Notes: generated by a model from the sequence alone, not told the origin. Counted from the stretch's first letter, positions 26,385-39,733 are shown. The stretch: DNA of 64,000 nt from Octopus sinensis (GCF_006345805.1 NC_043003.1:14756001-14820000); one strand, 5' to 3'. Numbers and translations are program-made.

Positions 26385-26602
26385 AGATGGGGAGATGACA
26401 CAATAGTTAGCATGTTGGACAAAATGCTTAGCAGCATTTCGCCCAATGCTATGTTCTGAGTTCAAATTCCATCGAGGTCGACTTTGCTTTTTATCCTTCC
26501 AGGGTCGATTAATTAAGTACCAGTGAAACACTGCGGTCGATGTAATCGACTAGTCCCCTCCCACAAAAAATTTCAAGCATTGTGCCTTTAGTAGAAAGGA
26601 TT
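26385..26602 (+). mobile_element. Nin-DC-like SINE
   Basis: gttctgagttcaaattcc..ggtcgactttgcttttt atccttccagggtcgat. Confidence 0.75.
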
Positions 26603-26658
26603 ATTATTATCATTATTTTTCTTATTATTATCATTATTCATTAGCCTTATTTTTATAA

Positions 26659-26922
26659 TGTGGAGGTGCATGGTGTAGTGATGAGGGTGTCAGCATCATG
26701 ATCATAAGATTGTGGTTTTAATTCCTAGACTGGGCGACGCGTTGTGTACTTGAGCAAAACACTTCATTTCACATTGCTCCAGTCCACTCAGCTGGCAAAA
26801 ATGAGTAACGCTGTGATGGACTGGCATCCCATCCAGCTGGGGAACACATATGCCATAGAAACCAGGAAACCGGGCCCATGAGCCTGGCTAGGCTTTAAAA
26901 GGGTGCATTTATTTTTTTAAAT
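26659..26922 (+). mobile_element. tRNA-derived SINE family D inserted in the Dong 3' terminus, 12-bp TSD
   Basis: TSD ttatttttataa at 26647-26658 and 26923-26934; A-box tggtgtagtg; gatggactggcatcccatccag domain. Confidence 0.85.
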
Positions 26923-26934
26923 TTATTTTTATAA

Positions 26935-29027
26935 CATGCTTTCCCTGCACTACCGAGCGCAGCACTATGTACCTTGGGTATGTGCTGTTGTTTGTTGTGA
27001 TGCTCTTATGGTTACTGTATTGAGAGTGTTTTAGATAGGATGTGTTCAGTGCCTAGTAGTGCTATTTTCTGTATGTTATACAGGGTGCGGCAGAAATACC
27101 GCCCACATTTGAAAGGTTGACAAAAGAAAAAAGAAACAACATTTATGATAAATAAATTTTGCTGTTGTTTAAACAAAGGGCTACAGTTTTTGTTCATTAG
27201 ATACAAGAAAACATCATTGGCACTTGCATGAGTTCATTAGTAACACCTAGGTGAAAGTTTAAAATGTGGGAGGTATTTCTGCCACACCCTGTATATATTT
27301 GTAAGTCCTGGTGTTTTTGTTATGTATTTGTCTGAATATTTTTTTTATCATACCTAATGCGTCCACTATGATAGGAATTGTTTCTGTTTTTAGATTCCAC
27401 ATTCTAGTTACCTCTTTTTCCAGGTCTTTGTATTTTGAAAGTTTCTCCATTTCTTTTAGAGACACGTTGTCATCTGCTGGTATTAATACATCAATTAGAA
27501 AGCAATTTTTCTTCATGATCTCTGACAACTATATCTGGTCTGCTGGCCTTAATTTCTCTATCTGTGTGTATTGGCATATCCCAGAGTATGGTTGCTTTCT
27601 CGTTTTCTGTGACCTTTTCTGGTGTGTGCCTATACCATCTTTTTTCTGTTGTTATTCCATAATGTTGGCATAGTTTCCAGTGTATGTAGGTCCCAACTCT
27701 GTCGTGTCTGTGAATATGTTCCTTCTTAGCCAGGACTGGGCAGCCAGAGATAATATGATTTATTGTTTCTTGTCCATCTCTACATATTCTGCAGTTACTT
27801 GTTATATTTCTTTTCATTACATGTTTTTGGTAATTTCTGATGGGGAGGCTTTGGTCTTGTGCTGCAATTAAAAATCCTTCAGTCTCTGCTTTGAGTCCTG
27901 AGCTTCTCAGCCATTGCTGGGATTTTGCTTCGTTTATTTCTTTAGCTCTTAGTTTAACCCAGTATTTGCCATGAAGGGGCTTTTCTTGCCATCATTTTAT
28001 CATGGTCCGTTGCTGTTTTAGTTTTAGTCTGGATTTCATTTGTTTCTTCTTTTTCTTCATAGTTGTTAGGTAGTATGACTTCTTGTTTGTATTTGTCAAC
28101 TTCCTTAAAGACTTTGTTTTGTTCATGCTTTGTGGCTTAGGCATTTTTGTAGTCCTATGGTGGTTATTTTGTAATAGTTTTCTAGCTGTATAAGACCTCT
28201 ACCACCTTCCATATGTTGTATATATAATCTTTCTATGTCAGTTTTTGAGTGGTGCATTCTAGATCCTGTCATTATTTTTCTTGTTTTCTTGTCTATTTTG
28301 ATTAGTTCATTTAGTGCCTAGTTAAGAATATTGTAGCTGTAACTTATAACTGGGATAGCTAAAGTGTTAATACCTATTATCTTGTTTTTAGCATTGAGCT
28401 CTGTTTTTAGTATTGATCTAACTCATCTATAGTATTCTTTTTTTATTTTCTCCTTCATTTATGTGTGTTGTATCATACCTAGTTCATTGGTTCTTAAATA
28501 TTTGCATGTCTGGCTTTGGTCTAATTCTCTTATTTAATTTGCTTTATCTAGTGTGATGTTGCTACTCTTAACTAGTTTTCCTCTTTTCAAGGTTGCTTTA
28601 GTACATTTTTCTAAGACAACTTTCATGTATATTTCTTTGGTAAATCCATGTAGTGTCTGTAGTAATGTCTCCAGCTGTTTACCATTTGTAGCATACAGTT
28701 TTAGGTCATCCATATATAAGAGGTGGCTGATTGTTTTGCTGTAACAGTTGTATCTGCATCAAGTTCTACTAGCATGTCAAAGGTGTCAGTACCAAGCAGA
28801 AAAGGAGTGGAGAGAGCGTGTCTCCCTGGAATATTCCTCTTCTAATGGGGACAGCTTTTGTTATTATGAGTCCATCTTTTGTTTGGAGCTGTAGCACTGT
28901 ATGCCATTCATTCATGGAATGTGTTATATATTTTATGGTTAAAGAAATATATATTTTATGGTTATTGGTGCTACTTTGTTCATGGCTAGTGTTTCTAGTA
29001 TCCATGTGCAGGGAACTATCAAAAGCC
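26935..29027 (-). mobile_element. Second decayed R4/Dong copy, same family as 9-2160, 5'-truncated at the KAFDS motif
   Basis: ORFs 28769-29005 (GIFQGDTLSPLLF), 27491-27817 (CCHC, RPDIVV), 27259-27528 (REL); 5' junction abuts (GAA)n(TAA)n on its strand. Confidence 0.92.
27081..27291. mobile_element. Tc1/mariner-type MITE, 211 bp, about 30-bp TIRs, TA TSD
   Basis: cagggtgcggcagaaataccgcccacattt / aaatgtgggaggtatttctgccacaccctg; TA at 27079-80 and 27292-93; absent from paralogous site near 1992-1997. Confidence 0.92.
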
Positions 29028-29153
29028 TTCTTCTTCTTCTTCTTCTTCTTCTTCTTCTTCTCTTCTTCTTCTTCTTTTATTATTATTATATTATTATTAT
29101 ATTATTATATATTATTTTATATTACTTTATTATTATTATTATTATTATTATTA

Positions 29154-29186
<33 letters not shown>

Positions 29187-29580
29187 CATTTTCTTATATT
29201 ATCATTATTATTATTATTATTATTTTATTATCATATTATTATTATTATTATTATCATTATTATTATTATTATCATTATTATTATTATTATTCTTATTAAT
29301 ATCCTTAATATTATTATTATTATTATCATTATTATGATTATTATTCATTCTCATTATTATAATATTATTATCATTATTATTATTATTATTCTTATTATTA
29401 TTATTAATTATTATTCTTATCATTATTATCAGTATTATTATTATTATATTATTATTATTATTATTATTATTATGTTTTTTCCTTCTTTCTTCAAATTTTC
29501 TTCCGTTTCTCACCGAGTGTTTTCCATACACCTAGGGCAGAGAAGGGCATTGCATGCATTCCCAGATTACACACGCAAAT

Positions 29581-29612
<32 letters not shown>
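29028..29612. repeat. (TTC)n + (TTA)n array containing an about 110-bp Dong-like 3' UTR remnant (29474-29583, -)
   Basis: Array read directly; remnant ccctaggtgt..acactcggtgag resembles cccaagg..gctcggtag at 2095-2123. Confidence 0.75.
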
Positions 29613-29614
<2 letters not shown>

Positions 29615-29659
29615 ATTGATTTACCCTGCTCCTGAAAATTTCGGGCCATTTATTTCATT

Positions 29660-30227
29660 CTTATATTCTTTTACTTACTTCAGTCATTTGACTGTGGCCA
29701 TGCTGGAGTACCATAGTAAAGGGTTTTTAAGTCAAGAAATGAACTCCAGGACTTATTCTTCGTAAGTGTAGTACTTATTCTATCAGTCTCCTTTGGCCGA
29801 ACTGCTAAGTTACAGGAATGTAAACACACCAACATCAATTGTTAAGTGATGGTGGGAGACAAACACAGGCAGCAATCCACACACACATACATAGACATAC
29901 ATACATATATATATATATAGAATACAGTGTACATTTAAACATATTATGAGGTAACCATCATAAGACTCCCTTACGCTAGAAGGAACAGCTAGAGTCGAAA
30001 GCACTAATTAGGGATAAAATCTCGAAGGGAATGATAAAAATGAAAAATTAGTGGATTGGACTTTAGCTGTTCCTTCTAGCGTAAGGGAGTCCCATGATGG
30101 ATACCTCTTAATGTGTTTAAATGTACACTGTATTTTATATGAATAATATATAGTCTATTGACTAATTTTTTTATATGCAAGGCCACTGGTGGTAAAAATT
30201 TCTAAAATCTTTATTACCCTGATATTA

Positions 30228-30268
<41 letters not shown>

Positions 30269-30469
30269 GTTAATTATATATATATATATATATGGCGTTA
30301 GGAAGGCATCCAGCCGTAGAAACATTGCCAGATCAGACTGGGCCTGGTGCAGCCTTCTGGCTTCCCAGACCCCAGTTGAACCGTCCAACCCATGCTAGCA
30401 TGGAAAGTGGACGCTAAATGATGATGATGATGATGATGATATATATATATACATACATACATATATATA

Positions 30470-30563
<94 letters not shown>

Positions 30564-30720
30564 TATATGTGACAGGCTTCTTTCAGTTTCCATCTACCAA
30601 ATCCACTCACAGGTTTTGGCTGGCCCCAGGCTATAGAAGGCACTTGGCTAAGGTGTCATAGAGTGGGATTGAACCCAGAAACTTGTGGTTGAGAAGGAAG
30701 CTTCTTACTACACACCCACA
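29660..30720 (-). mobile_element. Family A SINE (tail 29660-29870, head 30570-30720) whose internal microsatellite holds nested inserts
   Basis: Halves match family A; between them lie a foldback (29915-30140), a short insert (30152-30235) and a family C tail (30293-30440). Confidence 0.65.
29915..30140. repeat. Foldback element, about 95-bp imperfect arms
   Basis: aatacagtgtacatttaaaca..gactcccttacgctagaaggaacagcta / tagctgttccttctagcgtaagggagtc..tgtttaaatgtacactgtatt. Confidence 0.9.
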
Positions 30721-31596
30721 CCTGAATATATATATATTTTTTTTATACATTTACTCTGTGGTTGCATATCTATACTCATTTCATTGACACAGTTCTTCAA
30801 AAAGTCACAGTTCTTTGAAAACCATCCTCTTTTTTTCACCTGCAGCTTAGCACGGATGCAGTCAGCATTGTATATTCATTGTTAAAAAAATATTCCACCA
30901 TGTAAATGTCGGCCCCTTATGTTCCATTCCTGCCTCTGAATAAATAAATAAATTCATGCATTTTTTTTATCCCTACATTCTATATATCCCTTTCACTCCC
31001 TCCCCACCCCACCCCCATTATTTTTTTATATCTTTATATTTCTATTTTTATTTTTATTCTTTAATCTTCAATAGTCAATTTGTATTCTTGCTATGACTCC
31101 CAGAGAATCCATTTAGCTCAAGACATTTGGATCCCTCCAAGGGTACCTGCTTATAAAAAAACATAAGATAACTTTGCTATATGTACATTGCATTTGTCCT
31201 TTCACTTTCGTTTTTCTTTCCTTTTAGTCTTTTTGTATTGTTTCATTCATTCTTTCATTCATTCATTTATATTTTTTCTATTATTTTCAATGTTTCATTC
31301 TTTATTACTTTCTTCCTCATTCCTTGTTATTACTTTTCTGGTTTTTTGTTTTTTTTGTTTTTCACCTGCTCTTCTCTCCTTTCTTTCTCCTCCTATTCCT
31401 TCTCCTCCTCAGCATACACCTTCTTGCTACTTTTCTCTCTCTTCCTTTCTTCTCCCTTTTTTTTTACATACTCCTGCTATCCTTCTTTTTTTTTCTCCCA
31501 TATTTTCCTGGTTTTCCTAAACACCATCCTTTCTTTTTCTCCTCCTTTTCAGTCACCCTCTCATTATTACATCTTATCTTCTCTGTCCCCCTCTTC

Positions 31597-31920
<324 letters not shown>

Positions 31921-32597
31921 TAAAGAGAAAAAGAGAGAGAGAGATCATGTGGATAACTATTTCTGCTTTTACCCTTTCAATTTCTTTCCCTCCTTCTTCT
32001 CACTCCTCCTCCTCTTCCTCCACCTCCTTTTCCATGCACAGACCCTCCCTCCCTCCCCATCTCCCCACCACCTCACTCCAGTCTTTCTTCGATGCTGTCC
32101 CCTTTTTTTTGTAGTTTATTTATTTTAGTTTTTTATGTTGTCGTTTCTGTTTCTTCTTCTTCTTCTTCTTCTCAATTTCCTTCTCTCCGTCTTTCCCCCC
32201 TTTTTCCCTTTTTCCCTTTCCCCCCCCCATCCTTTTCAATCGTTAAATACAATGATGCGAACGTAGTGATTAATTTTAGAACTATTTTATTTCAGCAAAT
32301 GTTATTTTATTGTTTGCAGTTTTCGAATTGCCCACTGTTGCGTTCCAAGCCTTGATCCAATTGTGATTTGCAAACCAGAAAATGCGTTGAGAAAATCTAA
32401 TCTACCAAAGATATTGGCAAACCAATAATTCTACAGATATGTCTTGCTGGTGCTCTTTTCTTGGTTGCTTCATTTTTGCTGAGTAATTTCTTCTTTGTAA
32501 TGTGTAAGCTCTGAAGGAATCTGGTTACAGGCATTACCATTTTACCATTGCTAGATGTGTGTCTTTGCATTGACAATTCATTTGTAATTTGCCTTTC

Positions 32598-33563
32598 TGT
32601 GTGTGTGTGTCTGTGAGCATGTATGTATGCGTGTATGTATGTGTATGCGTGTGCATGTATGTATGTGTGTGTATGTATGTGTGTATGTATGTGTTTGTGT
32701 GTGTATATGTGTATGTATGTGTGTGTATGTATGTGTTTATGTGTGTACGTGTATATTAATGTATGTATGTATGTATGCGTGTGTATGTATGTAAGTATGT
32801 GTGTGTATATATGTGTGTATGTGTGTATGTATGTGTGTTTTTGTATGTATGTATGTGTGTATGTATGTATGAATGTGTATGTGTATGTATGTACACAAGC
32901 ATGTGTATATGTATTTATGTATGTGTGTATGCATATATGCATGTATGTGTGTGTATGTATGCATGTATGTATGTATGTTTGTATGTATGTGTGTATGTAT
33001 GCTTGTATGCATGTATACACATATGTATGTGTGTATGCATATGTGTGTGTATGTGTATGTGTGTGTGTGTGTGTGTATGTTTGCATGCATGTATACATCA
33101 ATGTGTATGTATGTGTGCATGTATGTTTGTATGTGTATGTATGTATGCATATATGTGGGTATGTATGTTTGCATGCATGTATACTCATATATGTGTATGT
33201 GTACATATGTATGTATGTATTATTTATGTATGTATGTATGTTTGTATGCATGTATACACATATGCGTGTAAGTGAATGTATGCATGTGAGTATGTATGTT
33301 TGTATGCATGTATACATGTATGTATGCCTGTATATATGTATGCATATGTCTATGTATATGTTTGTATGCATGCATACATGTATGTGTTTATGTGTATGTA
33401 TATGTGTATATAAATGCATGTGTGTGCATATATATGTATAAATGCATACATACACTGTTATTTTATGTGTATATATGTATGTGTGTGTGCATGCATGTAT
33501 GTGAGTATGTGTGCGCATGTCTACATATATATGCACACTTACATAGATACATAGATACATAGA

Positions 33564-33618
<55 letters not shown>

Positions 33619-33745
33619 GTGTATATATTTAAGTATATGCATAGAGAAACATATGCCTATGCATAGACACAGAGAACATATATATACATACATATATATA
33701 CATATATATACATACATATATACATATATATGTTATATGTATATA

Positions 33746-33809
<64 letters not shown>

Positions 33810-33860
33810 TATATATATATATATATATACATATTTTATATATACATACACAACACACTT
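32598..33860. repeat. About 1.25-kb (TATG/TG/TA)n alternating purine-pyrimidine array
   Basis: Read directly. Confidence 0.95.
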
Positions 33861-34174
33861 ACATTAGTATAATATTCTTGTACAAAGATAATTGTAAGTT
33901 TCTTCTGGTAAAAGAATATGAGTCAACAAAAAGGATGAAGAGAACTAGGCGAAGGGAAGTAGCAGTGGCAGTGGCAGCAGCAACAACAACAGCAGCAGCA
34001 GCAGCAACAAGTGCAAGAACAACAATAGGAATTGCAACAATAGCCATAACTACAACTGCAAACAGTAGCAAGAATAACATTGATAATGGAATAATGAATA
34101 AGAAATGGTATTTTAGCACCTAAAAATTTGATAACAAGTGACATTGAAGATTTAAGAATAAGGAAAGAAAATGT

Positions 34175-35205
34175 AATGAGAGAGAGGTGGGGGGAGAGAA
34201 GAGAGAGGGGGGAGAGTAGCAGAGAAAAGGAGAGAGAGATAGTAGAGAGAGGGGGAATAACAGAGTGAGTGAGAATGAAAGTGAGAGAAATAGAGAGACA
34301 GTAATAATAACACAGAGAGAGAGAGAGAGAGAGACAGTGATAGAGAGAGAGAGAGAAGGAAAGAGAAAGGAGAGAGAGGGATAGAGAAGGTGAAGAGAGA
34401 GAAGGCGAAGAGAGAAGGAGAGAGAGAAGAAGAGGGGGAGAGAATAACAAAGGAAGGGAGAGAGACAGTGAGAGAGAGTGAGTAACAGAGTGAGGGAGGG
34501 AAAGAGTGAGAACAAAAGAAAGTGACAGAAATAGACAGTAACAGAGAAAGAGAGCGACAGTGAGAGATAGAGAGAGAGAGAGAGACAGTGATAGAGAGAG
34601 AGAGAGAAGGAAAGAGAAAGGAGAGAGAGGGATAGAGAAGGTGAAGAGAGAGAAGGCGAAGAGAGAGAAGTAGAAGAGAGAAGGAGAGAGAGAAGAAGAG
34701 GGGGAGAGAATAACAAAGGAAGGGAGAGAGACAGTGAGAGAGAGTGAGTAACAGAGTGAGGGAGGGAAAGAGAGTGAGAACAAAAGAAAGTGACAGAAAT
34801 AGACAGTAACAGAGAAAGAGAGCGACAGTGAGAGATAGAGAGAGAGATGGGGAAATGAAAGAAAGGAGAGAGAGGGAAAGAGGAAGGGAGAGAGAAGAGA
34901 GAAGAAGAGAGAAGAAGAAAGTAACAGAGAAAGAGAGAGACAGCATGAGAAAGAGTAACAGAGTGAGAGAGGAAGAGAAAAAGAGAGAAAGAGAAACAGA
35001 GAGTAACTGAAAGAAAAGGAGGAGAGAGAGAGAGACAGACAGACAGAAAGAGAGAAAAAAAGCAAAAAAGAGAGAGAAAAAAGACAAACAGTAACAGAGA
35101 GAGAAAGAGGAGAGGAGAATGTGGAAGAGAGAGAGAGCGAGTAAGAGCAATTGAGAGAGAGAAAGAGAGACAGAGAGTAAGAAAGATAGAGAGGGGGAGG
35201 GGGAA
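34175..35205. repeat. About 1-kb GA-rich polypurine tract with an internal 250-265-bp tandem duplication (34320-34847)
   Basis: gacagtgatagagag..agcgacagtgagagatag recurs at 34333 and 34584. Confidence 0.9.
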
Positions 35206-35699
35206 TCTAAAAGAGAGCAAACATTTTAGTCTGGAAGAAGAAGAATTAATCAACAATTGTGGTATAAAATGTCGTTTTACTGCAAGAAAGAAAGAAAGAA
35301 AGAAAGAAAGGAGCCAAAGAACTTGTCCTCTGTTCATTGGATTACTCTGTTACTGTTGTTGCTGCTGCTGCAGCTACTATTGCTGTTGGTGCTGTTGTTG
35401 TTGTTGTTGTTGTTAAGCAACAAGACGGGTAAGGGTGATTAGGTGATGGACTAGGGCTTAGGGGCGGGAGACCCCAGACCTTGGAAAAAAAAACTTTGGT
35501 CGTCTTGTTGTAGTCTAGGGCTCTTCATTGATGCCCGACACCACTGGGAGGTGGCCCTCGAAGTCGCTGGAAATGGAGATCTCAGTCCACAATGAAATCT
35601 GGAAAGAATATTTGTCTAATTATTCTTAATATATCTCGGCAGATTTGGACACAAAATATGCTAGGTGTTGTAGTATGTGTCTCAGGAATAACTTCTCCC

Positions 35700-35972
35700 T
35701 TGACTGGCTTCCGTGCAGGTGGCACGTAAAATGCACCAATCCGACCGTGGCCGATGCCAGCCTCGCCTGGCACCAGTGAAGGTGGCACGTAAAAAGCACC
35801 CACTACACTCACGGAGTGGTTGGTGTTAGGAAGGGCATCCAGCTGTAGAAACATTGCCAGATAACACCGGAGCCTGGTGCAGCCTTCTGGCTTCCCAGAT
35901 CCCTGGTCGAACCGTCCAACCCATGCTAGCATGGAGAATGGACGTTAAACGATGATGATGATGATGATGATG
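35700..35972 (+). mobile_element. Family C SINE (well preserved 3' part)
   Basis: ggtgttaggaagggcatccagctgtagaaac..ggacgttaaacgatgatg. Confidence 0.85.
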
Positions 35973-36404
35973 CATCTCAGTATACATGACATTCTGGGAC
36001 ACTAGTGTTTTGACATATTGTATTCATCAGCCGGAAATAGCTAGAACTAGATAAACCAAAGCTGCTGGCCTTGTTTATGTTTTCAGTGAATGAATTGTTT
36101 GCTGATCAGTGCTAATATCTGCCAACTGATAAAAAAAAAATCCTTGATATTACAATCCACAATGAGATCTGGAAAGAATATTTGTCTATTTATTATTAAC
36201 ACATCTAGGCAGGTTTGGACCCAAAATATGCTGGATGTTGTAATGTGTGTCTTAGGAGAATAACTTCTCCCTTTTCTGACAATAGTATATTCAACAGTCT
36301 TTGTTTCAATGAATTTTGCAAAAACTGAAGAATTTAAAAAATAATTATGTCACTGTTAAACTCGTGTTTAGAACATAAATTAGCATGACATTTTCATGGA
36401 AGTT

Positions 36405-36794
36405 TTAAGCCCTTTAGCGTTCAAATTATTCTTTTAAATGTAATATTTATTCACGTTGTTTTGAATTAATCAGGCTTTATGTCATAGCTTAGATATTTCA
36501 AGGATGTGATTATTTATTTTCAGAATGACATTGTAGGATAGGTGTGAGAGGCTGGATCTGGCCAGTTTAAATCATAACTCTTTAGCATTCAGATTATTGA
36601 GTCAAATGCAATGCTTGTTTATTCACATTGTTTTGAATTAATCATGCATTGTCTCAAAGCTTTGATATTTCGATGATCTCAGAATGACATTGTAGGGTAG
36701 GTGTGAGAGGCTGGATCTGGCCAGTCTGAACATTAAAAAAAAAAAGGCAGATTATTCTGGCCACATACGGCCAGTTGAAATTCTAAAGAGTTAA
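36405..36794. mobile_element. TTAA-type (piggyBac-like) MITE with partial tandem duplication
   Basis: taactctttagcattc (36575) / gaaattctaaagagttaa (36794); 36405-36570 repeats the 5' part. Confidence 0.6.
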
Positions 36795-37407
36795 TTTAAT
36801 TCACTTTAAAATAGGAATCCATAACACAGAACCACAGCGGACTCCACTGGTATCAGAACGGTCAAAATAGCATTGACCAAAAACTACATCTGAAAAAAAA
36901 AAATGACCATCAAGTTCATAGGCAAAAACTTCATTCAGACCTAGTCACAATCCTTGGCTTATAGTTGTGCTGTTTCTTCTCTCTTCCTTTTCTGGTGCTA
37001 TTACGATGGTTTCTGTTTCTTAAGACATGCAAGCTATGGGTTTCTCTTAAGCATCTCTCCACTCAACCCCACGTCACCCCATCCTAATACCTTAATAAAT
37101 CATGCATGAAACATTTAAAAAATTTTTTTATGACCAGCCACTACCCACCCAAACCAGCAACCTGTTAGAATTTCGCCCCTGCCTGCATCTTTCTTAACAG
37201 ACACATAACCTACAGAAGTTCAAACTAAATACTAAATACCAACCAAATTGACCTTAGTTGATTTGGAGCGGCTAAAAAGGTCAGTGGGGGAGGGGGGTAA
37301 ATCCTTTCTCCTCTTCATCATCTTCATGATACATTTGTAAAGTAAAAACTAGTAAAGTACACATATATATATATATACTTTACTAGTTTCAGCTTGGGAG
37401 CTGTGGC

Positions 37408-37442
<35 letters not shown>

Positions 37443-37894
37443 GTATGTATAATATGAAAGAAATTGCTGTGTACAGAGCTTGAGTGTGTGTGTGTGTGTG
37501 TGTGTGTGTGCATGTGCATGTGTATGTGTGTGAATTTTACATACGTAATCATCATCTTCCTCATTGTTTTATAAATATGTATATATACAGACAGGCATGC
37601 GTGTGTGCACACACACACACATGTACACACGCACACAGATACACACACATGTACACACGCACACAGATACACACACACACACGCACCGACACACACACAA
37701 ACGCACACACACACACACACATGTAACTCTGAGTAGCAGTTTGGAAAGTTTTTCAGTTTCAAAAGAATATTTTACTCTAGCTTTGATATTCAAGAACTAT
37801 TTTCTTCATCTTGTTTGGCACCTATGTGCACATTTGGATGCATGTGTTTGTGCATGTGGTGTGTATGTATATATATATGTATATATATAAAGGG

Positions 37895-38450
37895 TAAAGA
37901 CCCCCTTTGGTCATGAATGACCATGGGATTGCACCTAGAAAGTTACCCTCCTAGACACAAGTCCGGGCAAGGTTGTTTATGGAAGACCAGCAGTCGCCCA
38001 TGCATACCAGCCTCCCCTCTCCACGCCACCAGTGTTATCCAAGGGAAAGACAAAGGTCGATACAGCTTGGCACCAGTGATGTTGCAACTCATTTCTACAG
38101 CTGAGTGAACTGGAGCAACGTGAAATAAAGTGCCTTGCTCAAGAACACAACACGCAGCCCAGTCCGGGATTCGACCTCACAACCTCACGATCGTAAGCTC
38201 GACGCTCTAACCACTGAGCCATATGCATGTGTATATGTATATTCTTTTATCCTATTACTTGTTTCAGTCATTTGATTGTGGCCATGCTGGAGCACCACCT
38301 TTAGTCGAACAAATTGACCCCGGGACTTGTTCTTTGTAAGCCTAGTACTTACTTTATCAATCTCTTTTGCTGAACCATTAAGTAACAGGGACATCATTAT
38401 CACACCAATATCAGTTGTCAAGCGATGGTGCGGGGGACAAACACAGGCAC
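37895..38450 (-). mobile_element. Family D-type SINE (37895-38225) and family A tail (38242-38450)
   Basis: Minus-strand head tggctcagtggttagagcgtcgagcttacgatcgtgaggttgtgaggtcgaatccc; matches 40274-40600 and 59448-59780. Confidence 0.8.
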
Positions 38451-38521
38451 ACAAATACACACACACACACACACATATATATGACAAGTGATGGATATAT
38501 GTATTTGCATTGGGACCCCTT

Positions 38522-38586
38522 CACATTGAAGACCGGTGATTGTTGTGCGCTGACAACGGGTCAATACCCAGAAACCCGGGTCTGTG
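38522..38586 (+). ncRNA. Type I hammerhead ribozyme-like motif, C3U core, extended stem II, palindromic stem III
   Basis: caca-TTGAAGA-[ggtgattg..gttgt gcgctg acaac..caatacc]-GAAA-cccggg-TC-tgtg. Confidence 0.6.
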
Positions 38587-38984
38587 CATATCACGTTAGG
38601 CTGGAGATGGGAAGGATGGCTTCCTTTTGCAAATACTGATAGGGCACAGAAAGTGTGTCAATAGCCAGCTGGAGAAGATGTTCTCCTGGAGCTACAAGCT
38701 ACAGTAGCATCCACCTTTAATGGTTAGCCACATTTAAGTGGCAAATATACTTCACATTGTCATGCAGCTACTGTTTATACCTCGTTCAGAGATTTATTAT
38801 TGCTTATATATATATATATATATATATATACATTTTACATTTTACTTTTTTATACATACATGTGTATGTGGTGTGTGAGTATGTGTGCACACATATATAT
38901 ATATATATATATAATATATATATATATATTATATATTATTTTTAAAAACATGAGAATGTTCAAGATCCTTTTTATTAAGGAATT

Positions 38985-39545
38985 TTCATATTTCCTTATT
39001 TGTAGTTTATGTTTGGTTTGGAGCAATAACGGTTCTTAAATCCATTAGTCTGACGTTTCAAGACTTTCACAATCTCATTTTTATAATAGTTGACAATATA
39101 TTTCACAACAAGATGCCGTTGCAACTCATTATAATGTAATACATAAAATAAAAATCACATAGAAAACCACACGTTGACAATATTAAAATTTTATATTGAA
39201 TTCTACTCAAAAACATAAACAAGAAAACAAAAAAAATAACCAAAGATCCTTTACTAATAGCAAAATACAAACCTAAATTTAACACACAGATATGTTACAC
39301 ATAAGAATATATATTGTGAAATCTACAGGTATTTATTATTATATAATTTTAAAATAGACGTTGATGATTATATCTGTTATAAAATTATTCCCAAGATCAT
39401 TTGCAGTTTTACAAAACATGTGAAGAGCATGCTATTACAACGGATTATTTTGAAAAATGAGATGGTGAAAGTCTTAAAATGTCGAGTTAATGGATTTAGG
39501 AATGTTATGGTTCCAAATCAGACATAAAAAGATGAAATATCCTCA
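38985..39545. mobile_element. Decayed inverted-repeat element between TA arrays
   Basis: ttcttaaatccattag..agactttcacaatctcattttt (39033-39082) vs aaaaatgagatggtgaaagtctt..taatggatttaggaa (39454-39503). Confidence 0.65.
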
Positions 39546-39609
39546 TAAAAACAAAAAGAATGTAATATTTGGAAAAAAAAACAGCTGTTCCCTTTTTGCA
39601 TAAACCTGT

Positions 39610-39677
39610 ATGTATATAGAAGTGTATATATATATATATGTATGATGATATATATATATATATATAATATATATATA

Positions 39678-39733
<56 letters not shown>

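Noticed and set aside
38150-38225. tRNA-like sequences (also 40530-40600, 55140-55213, 59448-59520)
   Set aside because: SINE heads continuing into SINE bodies; no complete cloverleaf evident.
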